DNA of 64,000 nucleotides from Escherichia coli (GTDB lineage Bacteria; Pseudomonadota; Gammaproteobacteria; Enterobacterales; Enterobacteriaceae): NCBI RefSeq assembly GCF_002854065.1, contig NZ_CP024147.1; one strand, 5' to 3'. Shown piece by piece: positions 1 to 12,714 of this stretch (position 1 is its first letter; each line of letters starts with the position of its first letter). The notes under the pieces were generated by a model. It saw only the letters and a program-made list of their open reading frames with translations, ran no database searches and was not told where the DNA came from. The position numbers and the translations under genes were made by a program.

Positions 1-239
1 TCTTCCGGGTTGGCGAAGATCCGCTCGCGCAAGGCCCGGCGCTGCAATGTTCCATCAGCAGCAATCATGTTAGCGCCAAAGTGATCAGCAATGGCATGTA
101 GCGCAGGTGCACCTGGTTCAACCACCTGACGCGCAATAATATCGGCATCAATGACGTTAATTCCGAGATCAGCAAACGCATTGGCAACGGTACTCTTGCC
201 ACTGCCAATGCCTCCCGTTAAGGCAACTATATACCTCAT
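1..239 (-). CDS. coaE: dephospho-CoA kinase, 5' part (gene continues beyond window start)
   Basis: Minus-strand frame from ATG at 239 reads [38 protein letters not shown]... with P-loop GGIGSGKST; open to the window edge. Confidence 0.85.
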   Translation of the reverse strand, partial: MRYIVALTGGIGSGKSTVANAFADLGINVIDADIIARQVVEPGAPALHAIADHFGANMIAADGTLQRRALRERIFANPE

Positions 240-463
240 AATTTATATTCCCGGGAATTCATCATGATTATCAAAACGTTAAAAATGAGCGCACGAAAGC
301 GAAATTGATGAAACGTTCGCTCACTATTTACCAGGTAAATTTATGGGATTGTAGCGTAAAAAAAGACAATTTCGCAGTCTTGCGCCGCATTGATTAGTGC
401 GTATGATAGCGTCACTGGAGTTGCGCTCTTACCCTTATAGCCATTAACCCCAGGAATCCGCAC

Positions 464-1507
464 ATGCGTATTGAAGAAGATCTGAAGTTAGGTTTTAAAG
501 ACGTTCTCATCCGCCCTAAACGCTCCACTCTTAAAAGCCGTTCCGATGTTGAACTGGAACGTCAATTCACCTTCAAACATTCAGGTCAGAGCTGGTCCGG
601 CGTGCCGATTATCGCCGCAAATATGGACACCGTAGGCACATTTTCTATGGCCTCTGCGCTGGCTTCTTTTGATATTTTGACTGCTGTGCATAAACACTAT
701 TCTGTCGAAGAGTGGCAAGCGTTTATCAACAATTCTTCCGCTGATGTGCTGAAACATGTGATGGTTTCTACCGGTACGTCAAATGCGGATTTCGAAAAAA
801 CTAAACAGATTCTCGACCTGAACCCGGCATTAAATTTCGTTTGTATTGACGTGGCGAATGGTTATTCCGAACACTTCGTACAGTTCGTTGCGAAAGCGCG
901 TGAAGCGTGGCCGACCAAAACCATTTGTGCTGGCAACGTAGTGACTGGTGAAATGTGTGAGGAGCTTATCCTCTCCGGTGCCGATATCGTTAAAGTTGGC
1001 ATTGGCCCAGGTTCTGTTTGTACAACTCGCGTCAAAACAGGCGTCGGTTATCCGCAACTTTCTGCGGTAATCGAATGTGCCGATGCTGCGCACGGTCTGG
1101 GCGGAATGATCGTCAGCGATGGTGGCTGCACCACGCCGGGCGATGTCGCGAAAGCCTTTGGCGGCGGTGCCGATTTCGTCATGCTTGGCGGCATGCTGGC
1201 GGGCCACGAAGAGAGCGGCGGTCGCATCGTTGAGGAGAACGGCGAGAAATTTATGCTGTTCTACGGCATGAGCTCCGAGTCTGCGATGAAACGTCACGTT
1301 GGCGGCGTTGCGGAATATCGCGCAGCAGAAGGTAAAACCGTTAAGCTGCCGCTGCGAGGCCCGGTTGAAAATACCGCGCGTGATATTTTGGGCGGCCTGC
1401 GTTCAGCTTGTACATACGTTGGGGCTTCACGCCTGAAAGAACTGACCAAGCGCACCACATTTATCCGTGTGCAGGAACAAGAAAACCGCATCTTCAACAA
1501 CCTGTAA
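464..1507 (+). CDS. guaC: GMP reductase
   Basis: 347-aa ORF, IMPDH/GMPR TIM-barrel family with catalytic loop [12 protein letters not shown]-12 gene order. Confidence 0.95.
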   Translation: MRIEEDLKLGFKDVLIRPKRSTLKSRSDVELERQFTFKHSGQSWSGVPIIAANMDTVGTFSMASALASFDILTAVHKHYSVEEWQAFINNSSADVLKHVMVSTGTSNADFEKTKQILDLNPALNFVCIDVANGYSEHFVQFVAKAREAWPTKTICAGNVVTGEMCEELILSGADIVKVGIGPGSVCTTRVKTGVGYPQLSAVIECADAAHGLGGMIVSDGGCTTPGDVAKAFGGGADFVMLGGMLAGHEESGGRIVEENGEKFMLFYGMSSESAMKRHVGGVAEYRAAEGKTVKLPLRGPVENTARDILGGLRSACTYVGASRLKELTKRTTFIRVQEQENRIFNNL

Positions 1508-1512
1508 TCTCC

Positions 1513-1544
1513 CAACGCTGGTGTGGAGCAACACGCCAGCGTTA
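1513..1544. terminator. hairpin between convergent guaC and hofC
   Basis: Imperfect inverted repeat AACGCTGGTGTG-GAGC-AACACGCCAGCGTT directly after the guaC stop, overlapping the hofC stop. Confidence 0.5.
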
Positions 1545-2744
1545 TCCCATCCCACTCATCGCATCGCCTAAATGGAAAATTGGCAGATACATCGCCACCA
1601 CCAGCGTACCGATAATTCCTCCCGTTATGATCAGCAACGCCGGTTCCAGTAAGGCTGCTAGGTTATCCGCCAGCGCCATTGTGTTATCCCGATGATGATG
1701 GGCGAGGTTGTCTAACATGAGATCCAGCGAGCCGGAGGCCTCTCCCGTTCTCACTAATTGCAAACAGAGCGGGCTAAACTCACCGGCATTTTTTAGCGCC
1801 AGCCAGATGGGATGACCGTTACTGATATCGTGCTGGATTTGTGTCAGAAGTTGCACCCAGTACGGGCAGCGCATTGTTTCTCTGACGCTCTCTACGCCCT
1901 GTAAAAAAGTAATGCCTGCACTTTGTGTCAGCGCCAGAATCGTAAAGATCTGCGTGAGTTTTTGTCCCCGCATCAGTGAGCCCATAATCGGGATGTGTAA
2001 CAGCAATTTCTGCCGCACGATAAGCCAGGTCGGTCGGCGCATCAGCAACTTATTGGCTATCGCCAGCAGAAAGCCGAACAACACCAGCAGCCAGCCCCAT
2101 TCGCCACTAAAGTCTGCCAGCGTCATGATCCCCTGCGTTAGTGCCGGTAGTGGGGTGTTGAAGGTCTTATAGATAGCGGCAAACTCCGGCAGAACAAAAT
2201 GCAGCATTGCCACAACCACCATGATTGCCATCGCTAAAATGATGATGGGATAACGCAACGCTGATTTCACTTTGTCGGTCAACTGACGCTGGGCTTTTTG
2301 CTGACGCGCCAGTTCAAAGCAGCATTCATCCAGCTTACCGGTCAGTTCACCCGTGCGGATCATCGCCTGATAGAGCGGCGGAAATACCTCTGACCAGGGT
2401 AATAAGGCATTGGAAAAAGCAATGCCCTGTTCGAGATCGTGCGCCAGCGATTGCAGCAACGCTTGCCATTGCTTACTGGGATGCTGTTCCGCCAGCAGAG
2501 CCAGCCCTTCAGAAAGAGTTAACCCGGCTTTAAGTAGCGTCGCCAGTTGATGAATGACTTCCGCGCTTTTATCTCCTCGCCACTGCGCAGAATTGATAGC
2601 AATTCGCTTCAGGCTTAGTGGAGTAACCATCTGTTGCTGTAGTGCCATGAGCAGCAAAGCACGGCTCTCTGCCCATCGCATCCCATCTTGCGCATTGCCG
2701 TCGCCGGTTATGCCATGCCAGCGCCAGAGTTGCTTACTCGCCAT
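1542..2744 (-). CDS. hofC: type IV pilus / type II secretion inner-membrane platform protein (GspF/PilC family)
   Basis: 400-aa polytopic membrane ORF; 11-nt overlap with upstream hofB; K-12 synteny. Confidence 0.9.
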   Translation of the reverse strand: MASKQLWRWHGITGDGNAQDGMRWAESRALLLMALQQQMVTPLSLKRIAINSAQWRGDKSAEVIHQLATLLKAGLTLSEGLALLAEQHPSKQWQALLQSLAHDLEQGIAFSNALLPWSEVFPPLYQAMIRTGELTGKLDECCFELARQQKAQRQLTDKVKSALRYPIIILAMAIMVVVAMLHFVLPEFAAIYKTFNTPLPALTQGIMTLADFSGEWGWLLVLFGFLLAIANKLLMRRPTWLIVRQKLLLHIPIMGSLMRGQKLTQIFTILALTQSAGITFLQGVESVRETMRCPYWVQLLTQIQHDISNGHPIWLALKNAGEFSPLCLQLVRTGEASGSLDLMLDNLAHHHRDNTMALADNLAALLEPALLIITGGIIGTLVVAMYLPIFHLGDAMSGMG

Positions 2745-4119
2745 GCGGCATCCCCAGTACGCAGATTAACTCTTCAAAGGTGGTTAAGCCTTGCTCCACG
2801 GCCAGGCAGCCGTTTTCAAAAAGCGTTCGCATACCCGCCTGTCGGGCGTGCGTTTCCAGCGATTCAACGTCGGTATTAGCGGAAATAAGCTGACGTATGA
2901 CCGGTGTTATGGGCAGAACTTCAAATAAGGCAGTGCGACCATAAAAACCGTGGTAGCAATGTACACAACCGGGTGCCTGCCAATGGGGCAGCGGCGACGG
3001 CCATACATTGTCTGGAATATGGATGGGCTCCCCTTGCTGGCGGCGACAATGTGGGCAAAGTTTACGTACCAGACGCTGGGCTATTACCAGCGTAAGCGCT
3101 GATGAGAGCATCCAGCGGGCGGCTCCCATTTGCTGTAAACGTACCAGCGTTTCAGTGGTGGAATTGGTGTGTAGGGTAGACAACACCAGGTGACCGGTTT
3201 GCGCGGCTTTAATGGCAATTTCTGCCGTTTCGCCATCGCGGATCTCTCCGATCATGATGACGTCAGGATCCTGGCGCAATAACGCACGCAAAACGCCCTG
3301 AAAGGTGAGTCCGGCACGCGGATGGATTTGCGTCTGGTTTAGTCCGGCTATGGGGATCTCAACCGGATCTTCGACGCTACAAATATTAATGTCAGCGGTA
3401 TTCAGCTTTTGCAGGGCACTATAAAGCGTGACCGTTTTGCCGCTGCCTGTAGGGCCAGTTACCAGCACCAGTCCCTGTGGTTGTTGCAAGGCATGAGCAA
3501 AGTCCGCCAGTTGTAATGGCTGCATTCCAAGCGCGTTGACATCCAGTGCCTGGCTCACCTGCTGTAACAACCTTAATACCACCTTTTCACCCCCCCGACA
3601 TGGTAAGGTCGCAATACGAAATGAGACGGCGTTTCCTGCCAGTTCGACAGTGAATTGCCCGTCCTGCGGCAGGCGATGTTCCGCAATATCCAGGTTTCCC
3701 AGTACTTTTAATCTGGCGGTTAATGCGACTCCGGCATCCGGTGAAACATCCGGTAAAGGATGCAATACGCCGTCGATACGCAAGCGGATGCGGTAGGCAT
3801 TGTCCGCTGGTTCGATATGAATATCAGACGCGCGTTGTTCCAGCGCAGATTGTAACGTTCGAGTCAGCAACTCTGCTTTGGGCTGATGCTTCTCCTGAAC
3901 AGCTACGGGCAATGTCTGTTGTGTGCGACTGGCGTGACCTTCCATTTGTTGGCGCGTCCAGCAGGTGATCTCAATACGTTTGGTGGTAGCGAAATGCAAT
4001 GCGTCCAGCAATTCATGTGAGGGGGCATCGACCACCGCAACATGAACCACTTCTTCGCTGGCATCCAGCAAGACTCCCTGATAACGCAAACACAGGGCGG
4101 TGAGCTGTGGAATATTCAT
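2734..4119 (-). CDS. hofB: type IV pilus assembly ATPase (GspE/PilB family)
   Basis: 461-aa ORF with Walker A GPTGSGKT and C-terminal CPHC...CVHC zinc motif. Confidence 0.9.
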   Translation of the reverse strand: MNIPQLTALCLRYQGVLLDASEEVVHVAVVDAPSHELLDALHFATTKRIEITCWTRQQMEGHASRTQQTLPVAVQEKHQPKAELLTRTLQSALEQRASDIHIEPADNAYRIRLRIDGVLHPLPDVSPDAGVALTARLKVLGNLDIAEHRLPQDGQFTVELAGNAVSFRIATLPCRGGEKVVLRLLQQVSQALDVNALGMQPLQLADFAHALQQPQGLVLVTGPTGSGKTVTLYSALQKLNTADINICSVEDPVEIPIAGLNQTQIHPRAGLTFQGVLRALLRQDPDVIMIGEIRDGETAEIAIKAAQTGHLVLSTLHTNSTTETLVRLQQMGAARWMLSSALTLVIAQRLVRKLCPHCRRQQGEPIHIPDNVWPSPLPHWQAPGCVHCYHGFYGRTALFEVLPITPVIRQLISANTDVESLETHARQAGMRTLFENGCLAVEQGLTTFEELICVLGMPHGE

Positions 4120-4128
4120 TGCCGTTCC

Positions 4129-4569
4129 TTAGTTGGCGTCATCAAAACGGAAGACATCTTCGCAGGCTTGCTGCAATGCGCTGTCATTTCGAATATTGCA
4201 GTTGCGCGTCCAGCCGGTGACGCCGTTTGCGTTATCCCAACCTGGCGTCATGACGACGCTTAGCCCATTGAGACTTTCTTGCCCGGTCAGCGACACCACG
4301 CCCTTTGCCACACTCATGGCTGAAACATAGCGGGTGGTGGTAGGCGAGGGAATGCCATTGCTGCCACCGTCGCAGGTATCTAATCCACCATGTTCCAGCG
4401 CGCACAACTCTACGGCGGTACGGTAAGGCACAAAGGTTTGTAGCATGTCGGTGAGTGCGGCTTTGCGCAGGTAGTTTTGATAAGCGGGAATACCAATGGC
4501 GCTTAAAATGGCAATGATGCCAATAACCACCATCAGTTCGATAAGTGTAAAACCGCGTTGCTTGTCCAT
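4129..4569 (-). CDS. ppdD: prepilin peptidase-dependent type IV pilin
   Basis: 146-aa ORF; N-terminus MDKQRGFTLIELMVVIGIIAIL is a class III prepilin leader plus hydrophobic helix. Confidence 0.9.
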   Translation of the reverse strand: MDKQRGFTLIELMVVIGIIAILSAIGIPAYQNYLRKAALTDMLQTFVPYRTAVELCALEHGGLDTCDGGSNGIPSPTTTRYVSAMSVAKGVVSLTGQESLNGLSVVMTPGWDNANGVTGWTRNCNIRNDSALQQACEDVFRFDDAN

Positions 4570-4771
4570 CTGTTTCGCTCCTTGATTTGGTTGGTGCTAC
4601 TTTGGCAAACGCCATCAGCACAGGCGAGGGGCAAAAAACGAAACGGGAAAGCTGCTTCCGAGGTTTTTTATTTCGTTGCAGTGAAAGACAAGAAATTTGC
4701 GAGGCGTTACGAAGAAGGTTGGGGAAGGGGAGATTATCCGCCCAGTATGGAGCGGATAAATCTGTCAGCTA

Positions 4772-5725
<954 letters not shown>

Positions 5726-5752
5726 TTAGCACCACATATAAGGAGATCCTGC

Positions 5753-6304
5753 ATGTTGTTAGAACAGGGGTGGCTGGTTGGCGCGCGCCGCGTTCCCTCA
5801 CCACATTACGATTGCCGCCCGGATGACGAAACACCCACCCTGCTGGTGGTGCACAATATTAGCCTGCCGCCAGGCGAGTTTGGCGGTCCGTGGATCGACG
5901 CATTATTCACTGGAACTATTGATCCGCAGGCACATCCTTTCTTTGCTGAGATCGCCCATTTGCGCGTCTCCGCTCACTGTTTGATTCGCCGTGATGGTGA
6001 AATAGTCCAGTATGTTCCTTTCGATAAACGTGCCTGGCATGCGGGAGTCTCTCAGTATCAGGGGCGCGAACGCTGCAATGATTTTTCTATTGGGATTGAG
6101 CTTGAAGGCACCGATACGCTGGCGTATACCGATGCGCAGTATCAACAGCTTGCGGCGGTTACGCGGGCACTGATTGATCGCTATCCAGATATCGCTAATA
6201 ACATGACGGGCCATTGTGATATTGCGCCGGATCGGAAAACCGATCCCGGCCCTGCATTTGATTGGGCACGGTTTCGTGCGCTGGTCAGCAAGGAGACAAC
6301 ATGA
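5753..6304 (+). CDS. ampD: 1,6-anhydro-N-acetylmuramyl-L-alanine amidase
   Basis: 183-aa ORF; amidase_2 family; stop overlaps ampE start. Confidence 0.92.
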   Translation: MLLEQGWLVGARRVPSPHYDCRPDDETPTLLVVHNISLPPGEFGGPWIDALFTGTIDPQAHPFFAEIAHLRVSAHCLIRRDGEIVQYVPFDKRAWHAGVSQYQGRERCNDFSIGIELEGTDTLAYTDAQYQQLAAVTRALIDRYPDIANNMTGHCDIAPDRKTDPGPAFDWARFRALVSKETT

Positions 6305-7155
6305 CGCTATTTACAACCTTACTGGTGTTAATTTTCGAGCGCCTGTTTAAGTTGGGCGAGCACTGGCAGCTTGATCATCGTCTTGAAGCGTTCTTTCGGC
6401 GGGTGAAACATTTTTCTCTCGGGCGCACGTTAGGCATGACCATTATTGCGATGGGCGTGACTTTTTTACTGTTACGCGCATTGCAGGGAGTATTGTTCAA
6501 CGTTCCCACGCTGCTGGTGTGGCTGCTGATTGGTTTGCTGTGTATTGGCGCAGGTAAAGTTCGTCTTCATTATCATGCTTATCTGACAGCTGCTTCACGT
6601 AATGATAGCCATGCCCGTGCCACGATGGCTGGCGAACTCACCATGATTCACGGCGTCCCGGCAGGCTGCGACGAACGTGAGTATTTGCGTGAGCTGCAAA
6701 ATGCATTGCTGTGGATTAACTTTCGTTTTTATCTTGCACCGCTGTTCTGGCTGATTGTGGGGGGAACCTGGGGACCCGTTACGCTGATGGGGTATGCGTT
6801 CTTGCGTGCATGGCAATACTGGCTGGCGCGATACCAGACGCCGCATCATCGTTTACAGTCCGGCATTGATGCCGTGCTTCATGTACTGGATTGGGTGCCA
6901 GTTCGTCTTGCGGGTGTGGTATATGCCTTGATCGGTCATTGTGAGAAAGCGTTACCGGCCTGGTTTGCTTCGCTGGGTGATTTCCATACTTCGCAGTATC
7001 AGGTGTTAACGCGTCTGGCGCAGTTCTCTCTGGCGCGTGAACCGCATGTCGATAAGGTGGAGACGCCGAAGGCAGCGGTTTCAATGGCGAAGAAAACCTC
7101 GTTCGTGGTCGTGGTGGTGATTGCGCTACTGACGATTTACGGGGCGTTGGTGTAA
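6301..7155 (+). CDS. ampE: inner membrane protein AmpE
   Basis: Start taken at ATG 6301 ([32 protein letters not shown]...), 284 aa, overlapping the ampD stop (ATGA). Confidence 0.88.
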   Translation: MTLFTTLLVLIFERLFKLGEHWQLDHRLEAFFRRVKHFSLGRTLGMTIIAMGVTFLLLRALQGVLFNVPTLLVWLLIGLLCIGAGKVRLHYHAYLTAASRNDSHARATMAGELTMIHGVPAGCDEREYLRELQNALLWINFRFYLAPLFWLIVGGTWGPVTLMGYAFLRAWQYWLARYQTPHHRLQSGIDAVLHVLDWVPVRLAGVVYALIGHCEKALPAWFASLGDFHTSQYQVLTRLAQFSLAREPHVDKVETPKAAVSMAKKTSFVVVVVIALLTIYGALV

Positions 7156-7163
7156 AGATTATT

Positions 7164-7188
7164 GCCCTCACCGTGTACAGGTGAGGGC
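7164..7188. terminator. hairpin between convergent ampE and aroP
   Basis: GCCCTCACC-gtgtacag-GTGAGGGC perfect stem. Confidence 0.55.
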
Positions 7189-7197
7189 GTAGAGAGA

Positions 7198-8571
7198 TTA
7201 ATGCGCTTTTACGGCTTTGGCGGTTTTCTCTTTAAACAGATAGCCGATACCTAACACGATCAGCCATACCGGGATCAGGTATACCGAAATCGCCATTCCT
7301 GGGGTCATCAGCATAATCACCAGTACCGCCGCCATAAACAGCAGGCAGATCCAGTTACCCAGCGGATAAAGCAGAGCAGGGAAGCGAGTTACCACGCCTT
7401 GTTCCTGCTTGGCGCGACGGAATTTCATATGCGCCAGGCTAATCATCGCCCAGTTGATCACCAGTGCAGATACCACCAGCGCCATTAACAGGCCAAATGC
7501 GGATTCCGGAGCAAGATAGTTAATCAGTACGCACAATGCCGTTACCAGTGCAGACACCAGAATGGTGTTAACCGGTACGCCGCGTTTATCGACAGACGCC
7601 AGCGCTTTTGGCGCATTACCCTGTTGTGCCAGACCAAACAGCATACGGCTGTTGCAATATACGCAGCTGTTGTACACGGAGAGCGCCGCAGTCAGCACCA
7701 CGATGTTCAGCGCATTCGCCACAAAGGTATCGCCTAACTCGTGGAAGATCAGCACAAACGGACTGGTATCGGCGGTAACGCGGGTCCACGGCATCAGTGA
7801 GAGCAGAACGGCTAACGAACCAATATAGAAAATCAGGATGCGGTAGATAACCTGGTTAGTTGCTTTCGGGATACTTTGCTCCGGGTTATCAGCTTCTGCT
7901 GCGGTGATCCCCACCAGTTCCAGACCACCGAACGAGAACATGATAATCGCCATCATCATCACCAGCCCGGTGAAGCCGTGCGGCAGGAAACCACCTTGAT
8001 CCCACAGGTTGCTAACGGTCGCCTGCGGGCCGCCGTTGCCACTGAATAGCAGCCAGCCGCCGAAGATGATCATCGCTACTACCGCAATAACTTTGATAAT
8101 GGCAAACCAGAACTCCATCTCACCAAACACTTTTACGTTGGTCAGGTTGATGGCGTTAATCACCACAAAGAACACGGCGGCAGAAACCCAGGTTGGGATT
8201 TCCGGATACCAGAACTGAATGTATTTACCCACAGCAGTCAGCTCTGCCATGGCAACTAAAACGTACAGTACCCAGTAGTTCCAGCCAGAAGCGAAGCCAG
8301 CAAAGCTGCCCCAGTATTTATAAGCAAAGTGGCTAAAGGAGCCTGCGACAGGTTCTTCGACCACCATTTCACCCAGCTGACGCATGATCAGAAAGGCGAT
8401 AAAACCAGCAATGGCGTAACCCAGGATAATTCCTGGCCCTGCGGACTGTATTACGGAGGCGCTACCCAGGAATAGTCCTGTCCCTATCGCGCCACCCAGC
8501 GCGATAAGCTGAATATGGCGGTTTTTAAGGCCGCGCTTTAGCTGCTCGCCGTGCTGTTGACCTTCCATCAT
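7198..8571 (-). CDS. aroP: aromatic amino acid:H+ symporter (APC family)
   Basis: 457-aa 12-TM permease ORF. Confidence 0.93.
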   Translation of the reverse strand: MMEGQQHGEQLKRGLKNRHIQLIALGGAIGTGLFLGSASVIQSAGPGIILGYAIAGFIAFLIMRQLGEMVVEEPVAGSFSHFAYKYWGSFAGFASGWNYWVLYVLVAMAELTAVGKYIQFWYPEIPTWVSAAVFFVVINAINLTNVKVFGEMEFWFAIIKVIAVVAMIIFGGWLLFSGNGGPQATVSNLWDQGGFLPHGFTGLVMMMAIIMFSFGGLELVGITAAEADNPEQSIPKATNQVIYRILIFYIGSLAVLLSLMPWTRVTADTSPFVLIFHELGDTFVANALNIVVLTAALSVYNSCVYCNSRMLFGLAQQGNAPKALASVDKRGVPVNTILVSALVTALCVLINYLAPESAFGLLMALVVSALVINWAMISLAHMKFRRAKQEQGVVTRFPALLYPLGNWICLLFMAAVLVIMLMTPGMAISVYLIPVWLIVLGIGYLFKEKTAKAVKAH

Positions 8572-8641
8572 GAAACCTCGTGCGGTGATTGTTTTTTTGA
8601 TCTACGCAGTGATGCGTGTGTAAGTTTGCAATTCCGTTTGT

Positions 8642-8659
8642 TGTATTAATTTGTTTACA
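8642..8659. promoter_or_regulatory. candidate TyrR box in aroP promoter region
   Basis: TGTATT-N6-TTTACA, 2 mismatches to the TGTAAA-N6-TTTACA consensus, upstream of aroP. Confidence 0.3.
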
Positions 8660-9063
8660 TCAAAGAAGTTTGAATTGTTACAAAAAGACTTCCGTCAGAT
8701 CAAGAATAATGGTATGCGGCAGCGAATGCACCCGCTTTATGCATGGTTGAAGATGAGTTGCTTAAAAAGAAACCGTTTGTAAAGCTCAGCCTCAACCCCT
8801 CTCAATATGCAGAATGAATTTAAATTCGTTTTAATAGAATTAAAAATCACAAAATTGGTAAGTGAATCGGTTCAATTCGGATTTTTATAGTTTAATAATC
8901 GTTAAAAAATCCCTTTCCTACGTAAAGTCTACATTTGTGCATAGTTACAACTTTGAAACGTTATATATGTCAAGTTGTTAAAATGTGCACAGTTTCATGA
9001 TTTCAATCAAAACCTGTATGGACATAAGGTGAATACTTTGTTACTTTAGCGTCACAGACATGA

Positions 9064-9080
9064 AATTGGTAAGACCAATT
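9064..9080. promoter_or_regulatory. PdhR operator at the pdhR-aceEF-lpd promoter
   Basis: Perfect palindrome AATTGGTAAGACCAATT (PdhR box core ATTGGT-N3-ACCAAT), about 30 bp upstream of the pdhR ATG. Confidence 0.75.
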
Positions 9081-9111
9081 GACTTCGGCAAGTGGCTTAA
9101 GACAGGAACTC

Positions 9112-9876
9112 ATGGCCTACAGCAAAATCCGCCAACCAAAACTCTCCGATGTGATTGAGCAGCAACTGGAGTTTTTGATCCTCGAAGGCACTCTCCGCCC
9201 GGGCGAAAAACTCCCACCGGAACGCGAACTGGCAAAACAGTTTGACGTCTCCCGTCCCTCATTGCGTGAGGCGATTCAACGTCTCGAAGCGAAGGGCTTG
9301 TTGCTTCGTCGCCAGGGTGGCGGCACTTTTGTCCAGAGCAGCCTATGGCAAAGCTTCAGCGATCCGCTGGTGGAGCTGCTCTCCGACCATCCTGAATCAC
9401 AGTATGACTTGCTCGAAACACGACACGCCCTGGAAGGTATCGCCGCTTATTACGCCGCGCTGCGTAGTACCGATGAAGACAAGGAACGCATCCGTGAACT
9501 CCACCACGCCATAGAACTGGCGCAGCAGTCTGGCGATCTGGACGCGGAATCAAACGCCGTACTCCAGTATCAGATTGCCGTCACCGAAGCGGCCCACAAT
9601 GTGGTTCTGCTTCATCTGCTAAGGTGTATGGAGCCGATGTTGGCCCAGAATGTCCGCCAGAACTTCGAATTGCTCTATTCGCGTCGCGAGATGCTGCCGC
9701 TGGTGAGTAGTCACCGCACCCGCATATTTGAAGCGATTATGGCCGGTAAGCCGGAAGAAGCGCGCGAAGCATCGCATCGCCATCTGGCCTTTATCGAAGA
9801 AATTTTGCTCGACAGAAGCCGTGAAGAAAGCCGCCGTGAGCGTTCTCTGCGTCGTCTGGAGCAACGAAAGAATTAG
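9112..9876 (+). CDS. pdhR: pyruvate dehydrogenase complex repressor (GntR/FadR family)
   Basis: Start at ATG 9112 ([17 protein letters not shown]..., 254 aa); N-terminal winged HTH. Confidence 0.93.
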
Positions 9877-10036
9877 TGATTTTTCTGGTGAAAATTATCC
9901 AGAAGATGTTGTAAATCAAGCGCATATAAAAGCGCGGCAACTAAACGTAGAACCTGTCTTATTGAGCTTTCCGGCGAGAGTTCAATGGGACAGGTTCCAG
10001 AAAACTCAACGTTATTAGATAGATAAGGAATAACCC

Positions 10037-12700
10037 ATGTCAGAACGTTTCCCAAATGACGTGGATCCGATCGAAACTCGCGACTGGCTCCAGGCGATCG
10101 AATCGGTCATCCGTGAAGAAGGTGTTGAGCGTGCTCAGTATCTGATCGACCAACTGCTTGCTGAAGCCCGCAAAGGCGGTGTCAACGTAGCCGCAGGCAC
10201 CGGTATCAGCAACTACATCAACACCATCCCCGTTGAAGAACAACCGGAGTATCCGGGTAATCTGGAACTGGAACGCCGTATTCGTTCAGCTATCCGCTGG
10301 AACGCCATCATGACGGTTCTGCGTGCGTCGAAAAAAGACCTCGAACTGGGCGGCCACATGGCGTCCTTCCAGTCTTCCGCAACCATTTATGATGTGTGCT
10401 TTAACCACTTCTTCCGTGCACGCAACGAGCAGGATGGCGGCGACCTGGTTTACTTCCAGGGCCACATCTCCCCGGGCGTGTACGCTCGTGCTTTCCTGGA
10501 AGGTCGTCTGACTCAAGAGCAGCTGGATAACTTCCGTCAGGAAGTTCACGGCAATGGCCTCTCTTCCTATCCGCACCCGAAATTGATGCCGGAATTCTGG
10601 CAGTTCCCGACCGTATCTATGGGTCTGGGTCCGATTGGTGCTATTTACCAGGCTAAATTCCTGAAATATCTGGAACACCGTGGCCTGAAAGATACCTCTA
10701 AACAGACCGTTTACGCGTTCCTCGGCGACGGTGAAATGGACGAACCGGAATCCAAAGGTGCGATCACCATCGCTACCCGTGAAAAACTGGATAACCTGGT
10801 CTTCGTTATCAACTGTAACCTGCAGCGTCTTGACGGCCCGGTCACCGGTAACGGCAAGATCATCAACGAACTGGAAGGCATCTTCGAAGGTGCTGGCTGG
10901 AACGTGATCAAAGTGATGTGGGGTAGCCGTTGGGATGAACTGCTGCGTAAAGATACCAGCGGTAAACTGATCCAGCTGATGAACGAAACCGTTGACGGCG
11001 ACTACCAGACCTTCAAATCGAAAGATGGTGCGTACGTTCGTGAACACTTCTTCGGTAAATATCCTGAAACCGCAGCACTGGTTGCAGACTGGACTGACGA
11101 GCAGATCTGGGCACTGAACCGTGGTGGTCACGATCCGAAGAAAATCTACGCTGCATTCAAGAAAGCGCAGGAAACCAAAGGCAAAGCGACGGTAATCCTT
11201 GCTCATACCATTAAAGGTTACGGCATGGGCGACGCGGCTGAAGGTAAAAACATCGCGCACCAGGTTAAGAAAATGAACATGGACGGTGTGCGTCACATCC
11301 GCGACCGTTTCAATGTGCCGGTGTCTGATGCAGATATCGAAAAACTGCCGTACATCACCTTCCCGGAAGGTTCTGAAGAGCATACCTATCTGCACGCACA
11401 GCGTCAGAAACTGCACGGTTATCTGCCAAGCCGTCAGCCGAACTTCACCGAGAAGCTTGAGCTGCCAAGCCTGCAAGACTTCGGCGCGCTGCTGGAAGAG
11501 CAGAGCAAAGAGATCTCTACCACTATCGCTTTCGTTCGTGCCCTGAACGTGATGCTGAAGAACAAGTCGATCAAAGATCGTCTGGTACCGATCATCGCCG
11601 ACGAAGCGCGTACTTTCGGTATGGAAGGTCTGTTCCGTCAGATTGGTATTTACAGCCCGAACGGTCAGCAGTACACCCCGCAGGACCGCGAGCAGGTTGC
11701 TTACTATAAAGAAGACGAGAAAGGTCAGATTCTGCAGGAAGGGATCAACGAGCTGGGCGCAGGTTGTTCCTGGCTGGCAGCGGCGACCTCTTACAGCACC
11801 AACAATCTGCCGATGATTCCGTTCTACATCTATTACTCGATGTTCGGCTTCCAGCGTATCGGCGATCTGTGCTGGGCGGCTGGCGACCAGCAAGCGCGTG
11901 GCTTCCTGATCGGCGGTACTTCCGGTCGTACCACCCTGAACGGTGAAGGTCTGCAGCACGAAGATGGTCACAGCCACATTCAGTCGCTGACTATTCCGAA
12001 CTGTATCTCTTACGACCCGGCTTACGCTTACGAAGTTGCTGTCATCATGCATGACGGTCTGGAGCGTATGTACGGTGAAAAACAAGAGAACGTTTACTAC
12101 TACATCACTACGCTGAACGAAAACTACCACATGCCGGCAATGCCGGAAGGTGCTGAGGAAGGTATCCGTAAAGGTATCTACAAACTCGAAACCATTGAAG
12201 GTAGCAAAGGTAAAGTTCAGCTGCTCGGCTCCGGTTCTATCCTGCGTCACGTCCGTGAAGCAGCAGAGATCCTGGCGAAAGATTACGGCGTAGGTTCTGA
12301 CGTTTATAGCGTGACTTCCTTCACCGAACTGGCGCGTGATGGTCAGGATTGTGAACGCTGGAACATGCTGCACCCGCTGGAAACTCCGCGCGTTCCGTAT
12401 ATCGCTCAGGTGATGAACGACGCTCCGGCAGTGGCATCTACCGACTATATGAAACTGTTCGCTGAGCAGGTCCGTACTTACGTACCGGCTGACGACTACC
12501 GCGTACTGGGTACTGATGGCTTCGGTCGTTCCGACAGTCGTGAGAACCTGCGTCACCACTTCGAAGTTGATGCTTCTTATGTTGTGGTTGCGGCGCTGGG
12601 CGAACTGGCTAAACGTGGCGAAATCGATAAGAAAGTGGTTGCTGACGCAATCGCCAAATTCAACATCGATGCAGATAAAGTTAACCCGCGTCTGGCGTAA
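10037..12700 (+). CDS. aceE: pyruvate dehydrogenase E1 component
   Basis: 887-aa ORF; thiamine-diphosphate motif [10 protein letters not shown]. Confidence 0.97.
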
Positions 12701-12714
12701 GAGGTAAAAGAATA

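Noticed and set aside
9877-10036. 96-aa ORF 9728-10018 spanning the pdhR 3' end and pdhR-aceE spacer
   Set aside because: Overlaps pdhR in another frame; the spacer is the known aceE leader region and the ORF has no ribosome-binding site or conservation signal I can see
10286-12559. 757-aa ORF antisense to aceE
   Set aside because: Lies entirely inside the well-supported aceE gene on the opposite strand; low-complexity translation with no recognisable domain; long antisense frames are common in high-GC, codon-biased genes
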